Below, piece after piece: positions 17,386-26,490 of a stretch of 64,000 nucleotides of DNA. The stretch is from a virus (lineage: Duplodnaviria; Caudoviricetes), in the IMG/VR virus record IMGVR_UViG_3300026198_000001, positions 7,031-71,030 of that record. The stretch is one strand, 5' to 3'. The notes beneath the pieces are model-generated. The model had not been told where the DNA came from. It did no database searches and worked only from the letters and a program-made list of their open reading frames with translations. How positions within the stretch are numbered: the first letter of the stretch is position 1; each line of letters begins with the position of its first letter. The position numbers and the translations under genes were made by a program.

Positions 17386-18839
17386 TACCTTACTCTCCTT
17401 TCAAATACGGGCAACCCTTCTTTGTTCAGTATATCTTCATAGCCAAGCAACTGCATCATGCGTCTTACAGTATGACCATACATAGTGCTTTCAACGAAGA
17501 TGTTCGTATTCGTCTCCTCTTTGATTACCCTTGCCACATCTTCCATACTGTACCTTTCCCGTCTTAGCCTGCTCTCCATTGCTTTGTACAACCATTGGTC
17601 CTTCATACGCTGGTAGTCAATCTCCAGAACTTCAGCAAAACAATTACTGATGAACCTCTCCATCTTCTTTGCTACAGACATCTTACCAACATGCTCTGCC
17701 AGCCAGTCTTCCATGAAAGCTATGCGACTTTGAGCCTCTTCCAGATTATCTACCACCCACAGTAGCCTAGCAAAGACCTCTTCCTCAGTCTCGCAGATAA
17801 ACGGATACTCTTCAGGCAAAAGTCCTTTCTGCCAAGGCTTCTTTAAATAAATCCCCACCTGTCCTGCCTGCAACTGCTCAAAGAACGAAAGACCAAACGA
17901 CTCATTCTTGGACATACAAACAAACACATCAGCTCCTTCAAGCAACCTTTCGTACTGCTCACGTGGTGGATTCACATGCAGTTCTGTGTACTTAGACAAT
18001 TCCTTGTACGCCTTTTCTTTGAACTCTTCTACAATATACTGCCTTGCTATTTCTGCACGTCTAAACGGCAAAGAGGCAACCAGCTCAACAGGCTTGCCAA
18101 GCTTCAGCATTTTCTCGAACATCTTACCTATCTTGTCTGCCTGCTTCACAGCTGACAGTGTGGTCGCAAACATAATGCGTACTTTCTCTGGATTCTTTCT
18201 TGGCTTAAACTTGATGCGGTCTACTGCTATACTATGTGGAACCACTACATTTTTCGTACCCATACTTCTGAGCAGAGTTGGACTCAGGTACTTTCTTGCC
18301 GCTACTTCCAACAGGTCTTTCTGGTACTCTGTCAGAAACATCGTGGGCATACTTGCTTGGGCAATGGTCTCAAGCAGATGGGCGTGTGGTCTGCTGAGCA
18401 ACTCATAGACTAAGAATGCAGGACGTACTATACTACATACTGTTATCGGAGCTGGCAAGAAGAACTTGTTCGTGTAATTCCCTGCCATTGCATAATTGTC
18501 CATCTGTACTGCAATCTTTCCATTGAACTCCAACATCACATCATAAAACGTGTCCCCACTACCTACATTGAAGTGCTTCCACCAGTCCTCCGTAGCAAAG
18601 TGCGTTGTGAACTTACGCATATACTCTACTTCTATTACTTGGTCTATGCCCTCCAGACTTGCATCCGTGTACTGCCACAAGTGTCTATCTTTCGGAACTG
18701 GCATAATAACATGAACATTTGGTAGCATAGACAAAGCTTTAGCTGTATCTATTGCACTCAAGCTGATACTGTGTCCTACAACATTACCTGTCCAGTAGGT
18801 CGGGTTCACTACCACCCTCATGTTCCTTACCCTCTCCAA
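17385..18839 (-). CDS. GT-B (GT4-like) glycosyltransferase 1 with a C-terminal extension
   Basis: ADVFVCMSKNESFGLSFFE (EX7E motif). Confidence 0.82.
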   Translation of the reverse strand: MERVRNMRVVVNPTYWTGNVVGHSISLSAIDTAKALSMLPNVHVIMPVPKDRHLWQYTDASLEGIDQVIEVEYMRKFTTHFATEDWWKHFNVGSGDTFYDVMLEFNGKIAVQMDNYAMAGNYTNKFFLPAPITVCSIVRPAFLVYELLSRPHAHLLETIAQASMPTMFLTEYQKDLLEVAARKYLSPTLLRSMGTKNVVVPHSIAVDRIKFKPRKNPEKVRIMFATTLSAVKQADKIGKMFEKMLKLGKPVELVASLPFRRAEIARQYIVEEFKEKAYKELSKYTELHVNPPREQYERLLEGADVFVCMSKNESFGLSFFEQLQAGQVGIYLKKPWQKGLLPEEYPFICETEEEVFARLLWVVDNLEEAQSRIAFMEDWLAEHVGKMSVAKKMERFISNCFAEVLEIDYQRMKDQWLYKAMESRLRRERYSMEDVARVIKEETNTNIFVESTMYGHTVRRMMQLLGYEDILNKEGLPVFERRVR

Positions 18840-19660
18840 AAGTCTAACACCTCGCTATCCTGCTGTATTCCAGTCACCTCTACAGAACTACCAAGCCAAT
18901 TCTTGAGCCGACTTATATCTGCAACACTGTGAAATGTATCTGTCCGTGCAGACTCACTCTCAATGACATACCGCAAAGTCGGATTCACAAGCTTAGCCAG
19001 CTCTATCAATTCCATAACACTGCGACCTACCCCTGTTCCTACATTTATGAGCCTTTCATTTGGTGGCGACTCAACAGCCTTGCAGATGATGTCCACTACC
19101 CTATCTACATGAATAAAGTCCCTCATCATTACGCCTTTGTTGAATGCGTAGAACGTCTCCTCTCTCCTCATACACTCGTCAAGAACATTTATCACGCCAT
19201 CACCACCACTGCCATAGACATTGAACAAACGGAGCATGGTAACAGGCAAACCACTATGGTGCAGGAGCATCTCTGCTCTATACTTACTCGCCCCATACGG
19301 CGTTGTTGTTCTTGGAAACGCAGACTCATCCTGCTGTGGACTACCATACACTGCCGCCGTGGATGCAAACACTATCCTACTTTGCAACCCTGCCCTTTTG
19401 ACTGCCTCAATCAGGTAACCTGTTGCCACTGTATTTGTCCAGCGCATTTCATCCACATCACCATACTTCTTTGCGGCAAGATGCACAATCACACTTGGCT
19501 TCACTATAGCTACCTCTAACTCTAACCTGCGAGAATCCCTAATGTCCACAGCTTGGTTCCCTCTGAAGTCCACTACTGACACGGTGTGCCCTAGCTTTTC
19601 CAGCTGTTTAACAAGGTGCTTTCCTATGAACCCTCTCCCTCCTGTTACCATTACTCTCAT
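18827..19660 (-). CDS. NAD-dependent NDP-sugar epimerase/dehydratase
   Basis: TGGRGFIG, HLAA, STAAVYG, YGASK, RLFNVYG, RDFIHV. Confidence 0.9.
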   Translation of the reverse strand: MRVMVTGGRGFIGKHLVKQLEKLGHTVSVVDFRGNQAVDIRDSRRLELEVAIVKPSVIVHLAAKKYGDVDEMRWTNTVATGYLIEAVKRAGLQSRIVFASTAAVYGSPQQDESAFPRTTTPYGASKYRAEMLLHHSGLPVTMLRLFNVYGSGGDGVINVLDECMRREETFYAFNKGVMMRDFIHVDRVVDIICKAVESPPNERLINVGTGVGRSVMELIELAKLVNPTLRYVIESESARTDTFHSVADISRLKNWLGSSVEVTGIQQDSEVLDFWRG

Positions 19661-19680
19661 CTGTACCCCTCCTCAATAAA

Positions 19681-21132
19681 CTACCTACTCCAACTCTTCC
19701 AATCTGGTACTACTAGCCGTGGCATTGGAGTCTGGAACGTGTCTACGTAGCCAATACCCAGCATCATCTTATACAGTTCATAGTCTTTCGGCATATTTGC
19801 ATTCGACAGCCTATCCTTATTCTTAACAGGAAAACTCCTGCCAATCTGGTTCAGCACAGTCAGCATCCGTTGCAACGTAATTGTCTCACCCGGCTCGAAC
19901 AATTCGGTAGCCTGCTTTATCATGCCTGCAACTCCACTGTACCTTGTGCAACTGATATTCACTTCAGCATCCATGCGAAGCAGAACCTGCTCCATCTGAC
20001 TATAAATTCTGCCAGCACTGAAGTTCTGGCGAATGTATTCCTTCATTCTCTCCATATCCTTGGAAACCTCGTCATAGTGGTCATAAATGTACATCAGCAT
20101 CCCATATGCTTCTTGCTTTGACTTGAACACCCACGGATACCAGTCTGGCAACTGGGACACAGCCCACTCTTCATTATGGAACAAGACAGGCATACCCATG
20201 TACATCTGCTCCCAGAAACCTACTGGAAACCCTTCAGACGTTGACCAACAAATCGCTACATGACTTCTTGAAGCAATCTCCATGTACTTATCTCTTGGGC
20301 AACTGAACGTGATGTCCAACACATCCTTTACCTTGTCATAAGCCTTGCTACCAGACTCATACGTAGAGAACTTCAGCTCATCCGTGTTGGTCGTAATCTT
20401 TATCTGTGCGTCCTTTCCAGAAGCAATGAACTTAGCATACAGGTCAAATATCAGCTCAGGCTGTTTGACATGATTCAACCTTGCCCCAAAGAACAGGGTG
20501 AACTTATCAAACTTCTCTGTCCCTTGCATTATCGTGTCTACCTTTTCTATAGGCACACCCACCGAGAGCATCAATGCTTGCTTCTCTATCCTCTTCACTT
20601 CAGTGGGAGCTAAGAACTTCCGAGCATTTCTGAGTGATACCACCTTCTGATGCTCAGTCAAGAATACTGGTACAGAGTAGGCATTTCCCAGTGCTTGCAG
20701 AGCATAAAACATCCTCGTATGACTCCTATTCTCCTGCATTTCGTAAACTGCTGGGTACAGAATCATACAAGGCACATCCGACTTGTGGACGATGTCCGAC
20801 AGAGTCAACTGGTAAATCGGAACCTGCGCTCCCATGTCTGTAACAATACAGTCTACAAAGTACTTGCCGGACACCCTCGAGAAACTATCAGCCAGTTCCT
20901 TTAAATCAACCATGCCAACTTCTGTATAAAAATCATACCCTTCATGGGACTTATACACATACATAAGCCCTGTCATTCGCGTTACCTGTGACTGTGCATA
21001 CTCTGGTACTATCATGTAGCAGAAATGCCCATTCTTAATCAGGGACTCTGCCAAATCCAGTGAAGCCAGATACCTACTATCCGTGTGGATATTCCTTAAC
21101 CCTATCTGTGGTACAATCAGTATCCGCATCAC
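19681..21132 (-). CDS. GT-B (GT4-like) glycosyltransferase 2 with a C-terminal extension
   Basis: SHVAICWSTSEGFPVGFWE (EX7E motif); paralog of GT1. Confidence 0.82.
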   Translation of the reverse strand: MMRILIVPQIGLRNIHTDSRYLASLDLAESLIKNGHFCYMIVPEYAQSQVTRMTGLMYVYKSHEGYDFYTEVGMVDLKELADSFSRVSGKYFVDCIVTDMGAQVPIYQLTLSDIVHKSDVPCMILYPAVYEMQENRSHTRMFYALQALGNAYSVPVFLTEHQKVVSLRNARKFLAPTEVKRIEKQALMLSVGVPIEKVDTIMQGTEKFDKFTLFFGARLNHVKQPELIFDLYAKFIASGKDAQIKITTNTDELKFSTYESGSKAYDKVKDVLDITFSCPRDKYMEIASRSHVAICWSTSEGFPVGFWEQMYMGMPVLFHNEEWAVSQLPDWYPWVFKSKQEAYGMLMYIYDHYDEVSKDMERMKEYIRQNFSAGRIYSQMEQVLLRMDAEVNISCTRYSGVAGMIKQATELFEPGETITLQRMLTVLNQIGRSFPVKNKDRLSNANMPKDYELYKMMLGIGYVDTFQTPMPRLVVPDWKSWSR

Positions 21133-21818
21133 TGGACCCCCTTCAACACTGCTATCAGCTCTTCTGGCGTGCAGTACATCAGAGCATCAAGAACAGACAG
21201 ATTCGGGACAAATCCACCCTTCATCTTTCTATACTCTGGGCACTGCCATTTCTGAACCCTAACTTCTATATTTGCCTGCTCAAACGAAAGCAAGTCTAAA
21301 TATGCATCATATGCTGGCTGTCCACACAGGTACACATCAGCATTGTGTTCTTCAGCCAGCATCAGCATCCAATCCGATGGCTTTTCTATACAATCAGGGC
21401 GTAGCCCTGCTTCAAGCAACTTTCCCTTCCACGCTACTCTCTCCATGACAACTCGTGCAAGAGTAATACCCAGACTCGCCATAGACCACTTAAACCGCTC
21501 TGCATTGAGGAACACCTCTACTACTAGCTCCATCACTTCTTTGTACATAGGTGCTTTGCCATACAACCGCTCCAGCTCAACAGCATGCTTGTGCGTCCAG
21601 CGTGAGGCATAGTCTGGTATCGCATCAAGCAGAGCCTGCCTGTTTCCACCACATACAGGTACAGTGAGTCTCCGTCCGTCTAACTCAGCCCTGCATTGTC
21701 CCGACCTGCGTGAAATCTGTGCCCCTGCTAAGCTAACAAAGACATCAGATTCGTACATCCTCGCAAAGTAATGCAGTCTCTGGAAGTACCCGGGCTGAGA
21801 TACACATACTGTTACCAT
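21129..21818 (-). CDS. WbqC-family protein
   Basis: QPGYF...SDVFV...Q...LTVPV...YGKAP...YLCG...PNLSVLDALM; start placed at MVTV (21818). Confidence 0.8.
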   Translation of the reverse strand: MVTVCVSQPGYFQRLHYFARMYESDVFVSLAGAQISRRSGQCRAELDGRRLTVPVCGGNRQALLDAIPDYASRWTHKHAVELERLYGKAPMYKEVMELVVEVFLNAERFKWSMASLGITLARVVMERVAWKGKLLEAGLRPDCIEKPSDWMLMLAEEHNADVYLCGQPAYDAYLDLLSFEQANIEVRVQKWQCPEYRKMKGGFVPNLSVLDALMYCTPEELIAVLKGVQ

Positions 21819-21819
21819 T

Positions 21820-23079
21820 CTATCCCCACCTTTCCTGTATCTGCTCAAACAGCTTCTGTTTCTTTATATCAGCACCTATATCAATACGATAGAGCATATC
21901 TTCAAAGGACACCCTCTTGATTGCCCAATCCGCAGACAACCGTGCATCTCGCAGAGTCTCACCTCTACCAACTGCAACCATGTGCCTACCTCCCTGTGTC
22001 CTCAATGCACTCAACGAGCCTTCCACCCCTATTGGTATCAGATTCTTCATGCCGCCCTTAATCTTTATGGGCATACCCTGCTTCACCATATCTGGATACG
22101 GATAACCTCCTCCTGCTAGAACAACACCAACTCCATACAATGCTCTATCAAAGTCACAGCCTCCTGCAAGACCACAACTCCATGCATGCAGGTACAAAGC
22201 CAAGTCTGCATCCAGCGTGTGCAACAGAACCTCTGTAGTCGGCGTACCCCATCTCGCTGTCCACTCAATGGCATACAGCTTGCCTGTATCCTGCTCGTAC
22301 ATGCAGTCAAGCCCAACCCTGCCAAAGTACTGCTTGCTAACTAAATAGTCACTCAAGGGTGCTATCATGGTCTCCACTATACCATTTGGTACGCAGTTCC
22401 ACACGACTGCACCCATTGCTCCGCAGAACGGCCCAAGGTTCCCACAGTACGTCCTCTTATAATCTGTCTGCAAACAGATGGGCACTGGCCCTCGCTCAGT
22501 TTGCATCCAAACAATATTCACAGGCGTGCCTTCAATCTTCTTCTGGAGCATAGCTACTCCATCTTGTGCAACAATGAGGCGTGCCTTCTTTCGAATCCCT
22601 GCTTTGTCTGCTGGGTCAAAAACTGTCACCCCTCTGCCGCCTGCAAAACCAAGCTGTTTTACCACACAATAGCCTGCCATACTCATCACATAGTCTATCT
22701 CACTGTCATTTCTTACTGTACAGAAAGGTGCTACAGGTACTCCTGCTTTGCTGACAACACTCAAGCCAAACTCTTTATCTGCTTCCAATGCTACTCCACT
22801 CTTTGACGCACCAAATACTGTATAGCCACGCTCTCTCAGCATATCTACAGTACCTGCGTAGCTAGGCTCCCAGCTGACAGGAACTATCAAGTCCGGCCTG
22901 AACCTCTCAACAAATGCGTTCATATACCAGTCATCGAGCAATGTGTCCCTGCAAACCGTTTCAAACATTGAATCCATGTACTCCCTACCACCTATAACAG
23001 CTAACGTGTGCTTATGCTTCTTCATATTCTTTGCCATTGCGTAGACACGCCCATCATTACCAATCAGCAAAACTCTCAT
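21820..23079 (-). CDS. PurD (glycinamide ribonucleotide synthetase)-like ATP-grasp ligase, divergent
   Basis: VFGASK...LEADKEF, VVKQLGFAGGRGV, DYKR...GP..GAMGA, EWTARWGTP; full N/A/B/C domain length. Confidence 0.8.
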   Translation of the reverse strand: MRVLLIGNDGRVYAMAKNMKKHKHTLAVIGGREYMDSMFETVCRDTLLDDWYMNAFVERFRPDLIVPVSWEPSYAGTVDMLRERGYTVFGASKSGVALEADKEFGLSVVSKAGVPVAPFCTVRNDSEIDYVMSMAGYCVVKQLGFAGGRGVTVFDPADKAGIRKKARLIVAQDGVAMLQKKIEGTPVNIVWMQTERGPVPICLQTDYKRTYCGNLGPFCGAMGAVVWNCVPNGIVETMIAPLSDYLVSKQYFGRVGLDCMYEQDTGKLYAIEWTARWGTPTTEVLLHTLDADLALYLHAWSCGLAGGCDFDRALYGVGVVLAGGGYPYPDMVKQGMPIKIKGGMKNLIPIGVEGSLSALRTQGGRHMVAVGRGETLRDARLSADWAIKRVSFEDMLYRIDIGADIKKQKLFEQIQERWG

Positions 23080-23093
23080 CCACTACCCTCCTC

Positions 23094-23774
23094 TTAAAAC
23101 AACTCTTCCCTACTCAGCACAAATGTAAAATTCGCTTTAGTCATCTGCGTGATGCTTACATTCTGTGTGACTCCTCGACATATCTCATAAACCTTCAGTG
23201 GGTCAAAGTACAGACGGTTCGGGTGGATGTGCGGAGCCTGCTCGTCCTTCAGGTCAAAGATTACAATTCCTTTTGTGCAAGCCCACAGCTTCCTGACACT
23301 CATATCTATGAAACCATACTGGTCCTCACTGAATATCGTATTCATGCACTGTGATGCTATGACAACATCAGCCATCTTAACAGTGGTGTCTTCAGCAAAG
23401 AAATCCTCCAACCTAAAATCAGTCTTTATCCTGTACTTATCCGCTCTTTCTAGTGCTATAGCCAAAAATTTCTCGACAATGTCATAACCAGTGTACTCGA
23501 CTACCCTGTGCAACATCTTTGCTTCTGCTAAATAGTCCAGTAGCATTGCCGTCCCACAGCCAACATCTATGATACTGACTGCACCAAACTTGACCTCTGC
23601 CAGAGCAACTATCTCCTTGACAATCCTGTCCATGAGGACTGTCTGTGTTCTACTATTCATGTGCATTAACGTAATCTCATCCTGTGCATCCTTCCACTTC
23701 TCACCATTCGTAAAGAACTCAGCTATCTTTTCTGCGTCATAAAGCTTACCCATCCCGCACAACCTACCTTTCAC
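23094..23774 (-). CDS. Class I SAM-dependent methyltransferase
   Basis: IIDVGCGTA motif I, YTGYDI motif II, DVVIAS motif IV. Confidence 0.82.
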   Translation of the reverse strand: MKGRLCGMGKLYDAEKIAEFFTNGEKWKDAQDEITLMHMNSRTQTVLMDRIVKEIVALAEVKFGAVSIIDVGCGTAMLLDYLAEAKMLHRVVEYTGYDIVEKFLAIALERADKYRIKTDFRLEDFFAEDTTVKMADVVIASQCMNTIFSEDQYGFIDMSVRKLWACTKGIVIFDLKDEQAPHIHPNRLYFDPLKVYEICRGVTQNVSITQMTKANFTFVLSREELF

Positions 23775-24863
23775 TTACTGAACCTCGTCTACCCACTCGT
23801 TGAACAATCTCAGGTACTCTTCTGGCACTTCTAACCCTTCCAACTCTGCTTGGTCTCTCGGGTCCAACCGTCCATTCTTCTGTGCCATCAGCACACCATT
23901 GTAAAACCCCTGCGGTGTCCCGGGGAACCTTCTGTCTGGCATAGCATACAATTTCTTATTGCTGGCATGCAATCCATCATACGCCCATGCTGGCAGTTCA
24001 ATTGACTCTGCATCTTGCAGTCTTTCATAAGCTATTTCCATAAACTTCTCTGCAAGACTTCTATACTGCTCTGCATTACGTATGGCGGTCTCCATCGTAG
24101 GCAAATCAGGCGTACTGCCCATGCAAGCCATAAACCTGAGCACCAACTGCCAGTTCCCATCTGCAAATCCAGTCTTTCTGTTCAGGACATAGCTTGCGGC
24201 TTTTCCTGCCCGGGCCAACCCGCCATCACCTAATCGCAATCCTTTCTTAACACACATATCTGTCAACCATTCATGATAATCATGCGGGTCGTGCTTCAGT
24301 TCTCTTAGCCTACGGAGCACGGCACTACTTTTCTTAGCATTCTCGAACCCACCCTCATCGACTAGCATGTCCATCTTAGCCATCAATTCTGGGATACTTT
24401 CAGACGTTGGCGTTGGCACTTTCTTTGATGTCAAGAACAATAGATTCTTTCTCCTACCATGCTCACAGTTCCACCAGTTCGCACCTTGGCATATCATAAC
24501 TGCCCCTAGCAGTACATCTACCTCAGTCGTTTTCTTATTTGGCTTCTGGTACAGCTTAACCATGTACTCAATGACGTTCTGGTCTACCCCATCTTCACAG
24601 GCATCTATCAACAGTCTACGCTTGACATAAAACGTATCCTGTCCACCTGCCATGAGCAACGCACCGTAGAACAGGGCGTGCTTCATTTTCTGCATACGAA
24701 GTGCTTTTATCATGGCAGACATTATCCCCGCTCTGTTTTTCGTAACAAAAGCTTTGCCACTTTCGTACGCCCATGCCTTCTTTTGCAGTTCAGGGCTTGT
24801 TTCACTGCGTAGCTCAAGCAATAGGTCCATCAAGGTCAGCTGTTTCGGCATCTCATTTTCCAT
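23775..24863 (-). CDS. Uncharacterised 362-aa protein with an MgsA/RarA lid-like helical motif
   Basis: KRRLLIDACEDG resembles MgsA RRLxxxASEDIG; no Walker A seen. Confidence 0.45.
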   Translation of the reverse strand: MENEMPKQLTLMDLLLELRSETSPELQKKAWAYESGKAFVTKNRAGIMSAMIKALRMQKMKHALFYGALLMAGGQDTFYVKRRLLIDACEDGVDQNVIEYMVKLYQKPNKKTTEVDVLLGAVMICQGANWWNCEHGRRKNLLFLTSKKVPTPTSESIPELMAKMDMLVDEGGFENAKKSSAVLRRLRELKHDPHDYHEWLTDMCVKKGLRLGDGGLARAGKAASYVLNRKTGFADGNWQLVLRFMACMGSTPDLPTMETAIRNAEQYRSLAEKFMEIAYERLQDAESIELPAWAYDGLHASNKKLYAMPDRRFPGTPQGFYNGVLMAQKNGRLDPRDQAELEGLEVPEEYLRLFNEWVDEVQ

Positions 24864-24904
24864 TTAGTCACCTTCTAATCTAAAATTTGTTAGTTGTTAC
24901 TTTA

Positions 24905-24933
24905 ATCTTAGCATATAACTAAGCTTTTGTCAA
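24905..24933 (-). promoter_or_regulatory. sigmaA promoter of the modification operon
   Basis: TTGACA AAAGCTTAGTTATATGC TAAGAT (17-bp spacer, TG extension). Confidence 0.8.
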
Positions 24934-24939
24934 TGCTGA

Positions 24940-25620
24940 CTAAACAACCATGCGTAATGCTTTGAAGGCTTCTGCATAAGGCAATCCAACCTCTACTCCA
25001 CGCCTTTCTGCCCACATTCGAATCGTCTGTGGCGAAATCAGGTGACTTGCTTCTCTAATCTGTGACTTATGGCATTCCATTGCACGTATCTTATCGTCAA
25101 TCACATCAGTTATGTCCAAGTGGAAACTTGAGCCACCCAGCTCTCCTACATGCCAGACTACAAACGGATACTCATACATAGCTACCAACTTTACATGAGA
25201 CGTATTCGGTGTGGGCCTCAGTGCCGCAAAGCTTGCGTCAAACACTGTCTTATGGTCTTGATGGAAAGACGGATACGGAAGGAACACTGCGGTAGGCTTG
25301 AACTTACGCACACGCTGGTCAAACTCCGTGACAAGGTCTACAATTGGCATTGTATGCAATCTCTGCTCAGAGTGTCTGTACAAAATCTCACCACTATCTG
25401 CATTCAACTCAAACAAAGCATTGTAGAACTCATTCTCCCTCGTGTCAGCTGTTACCAATGCATTACTATGGTAGAACTTCACATCCCCTACAGTAGCTAC
25501 TACTACGTGCACTTCGCCACCTTCATTCTTGACTTTCTTCATCAGACCACCACAACCAAGAATGTCATCGTCACTATGCGGAGCAATTATCAGCACCCTA
25601 TCCAACAACTTATCAAACAT
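24940..25620 (-). CDS. PIG-L/LmbE-family N-acetyl-aminosugar deacetylase
   Basis: IIAPHSDDDILGCGG, RENE, HQDH, AMECHKSQ. Confidence 0.88.
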   Translation of the reverse strand: MFDKLLDRVLIIAPHSDDDILGCGGLMKKVKNEGGEVHVVVATVGDVKFYHSNALVTADTRENEFYNALFELNADSGEILYRHSEQRLHTMPIVDLVTEFDQRVRKFKPTAVFLPYPSFHQDHKTVFDASFAALRPTPNTSHVKLVAMYEYPFVVWHVGELGGSSFHLDITDVIDDKIRAMECHKSQIREASHLISPQTIRMWAERRGVEVGLPYAEAFKALRMVV

Positions 25621-25639
25621 ATACCCATCCCCGCTTCCT

Positions 25640-25930
25640 CTACATACTCTCCAACTGCAAGAAGAACACGATAATCGTTATCTCTTTCTGGAGCACCTCG
25701 TCAAATCGTGTGTCAAATCCCATCTTGATACGGAGTTCCTTAGCTTCATAGGCTAAGAACGACTGAGCAACAATAATGCTCTTCACAGCGGTGTTCACTG
25801 CTGTCTCTCCCATTGCAGTCAAGTGAACCACAGGAACTTCCTTCATGTACTTTGCTATGGCCCCACCAAGCTTATTCGGATGCGTCTTGTTAGCTACCTT
25901 CAACTCTACTATCTGGTCGTTATTCCCCAT
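25640..25930 (-). CDS. spoVS: Stage V sporulation protein S homolog
   Basis: LKVANKTHPNKLGGAIA...AMGETAVNTAVKSIIVAQSF aligns to SpoVS LKVSAKSSPNSVAGALA...AIGAGALNQAVKAVAIARGF. Confidence 0.8.
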   Translation of the reverse strand: MGNNDQIVELKVANKTHPNKLGGAIAKYMKEVPVVHLTAMGETAVNTAVKSIIVAQSFLAYEAKELRIKMGFDTRFDEVLQKEITIIVFFLQLESM

Positions 25931-25956
25931 TCATACTACCACCCCTACTTCAATTC

Positions 25957-26490
25957 TTATGCAGACAGGAGTGGCTCCAAATCCCAGCCACTCTCTGCTA
26001 CTCCCTTATCGTTCTTCATCCGAACCCGACTGCACTCTATACCATACTGAAGGAACCAGTCATACGAAAGGCTTGCTTTCCCTTCGGCTAATGCTTCCTC
26101 CTTTGCTGTGACATAATCCTCAACCAGAACCGCAAAGCACCTGTTCGTCCCTTTAGCGATGTCTTTTCGTGGTGACTTCTTCGTGAATCTGAAGTTCACC
26201 AGCAGGAAGCCCATGCCTCCTGCTCCGACCAACATGTAGTCAAACGGCGTGTCTCCAGTAAACCTCTGCTGATGCCCTATCGCTTTACTTACAATCATCT
26301 TCTTAACAAGGCCATGCTTCTCAAAGTCGAGCAACCCTTCTATCTGGTGCTCCTGTACTTTATCAAAGGACAAACGTGGCTCCTGTGTCTTCTTGCACTC
26401 AATGGCTATCGAAGGCAGGTTCCCACCATACTTATTCTGTAGCCATACTAAGCTACGCTTGACTTCTGGTTCAAATACACTATCAGCCAT
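25957..26490 (-). CDS. RecU-like Holliday junction resolvase
   Basis: IAIECKKTQEPRLSFDKVQEHQIEGL...PFDY. Confidence 0.65.
   Translation of the reverse strand: MADSVFEPEVKRSLVWLQNKYGGNLPSIAIECKKTQEPRLSFDKVQEHQIEGLLDFEKHGLVKKMIVSKAIGHQQRFTGDTPFDYMLVGAGGMGFLLVNFRFTKKSPRKDIAKGTNRCFAVLVEDYVTAKEEALAEGKASLSYDWFLQYGIECSRVRMKNDKGVAESGWDLEPLLSA

Noticed and set aside
21820-23079. purD as an auxiliary purine-biosynthesis gene
   Set aside because: Acceptor-site motifs are altered, the gene is embedded in a sugar-modification operon, and no other pur genes are present.
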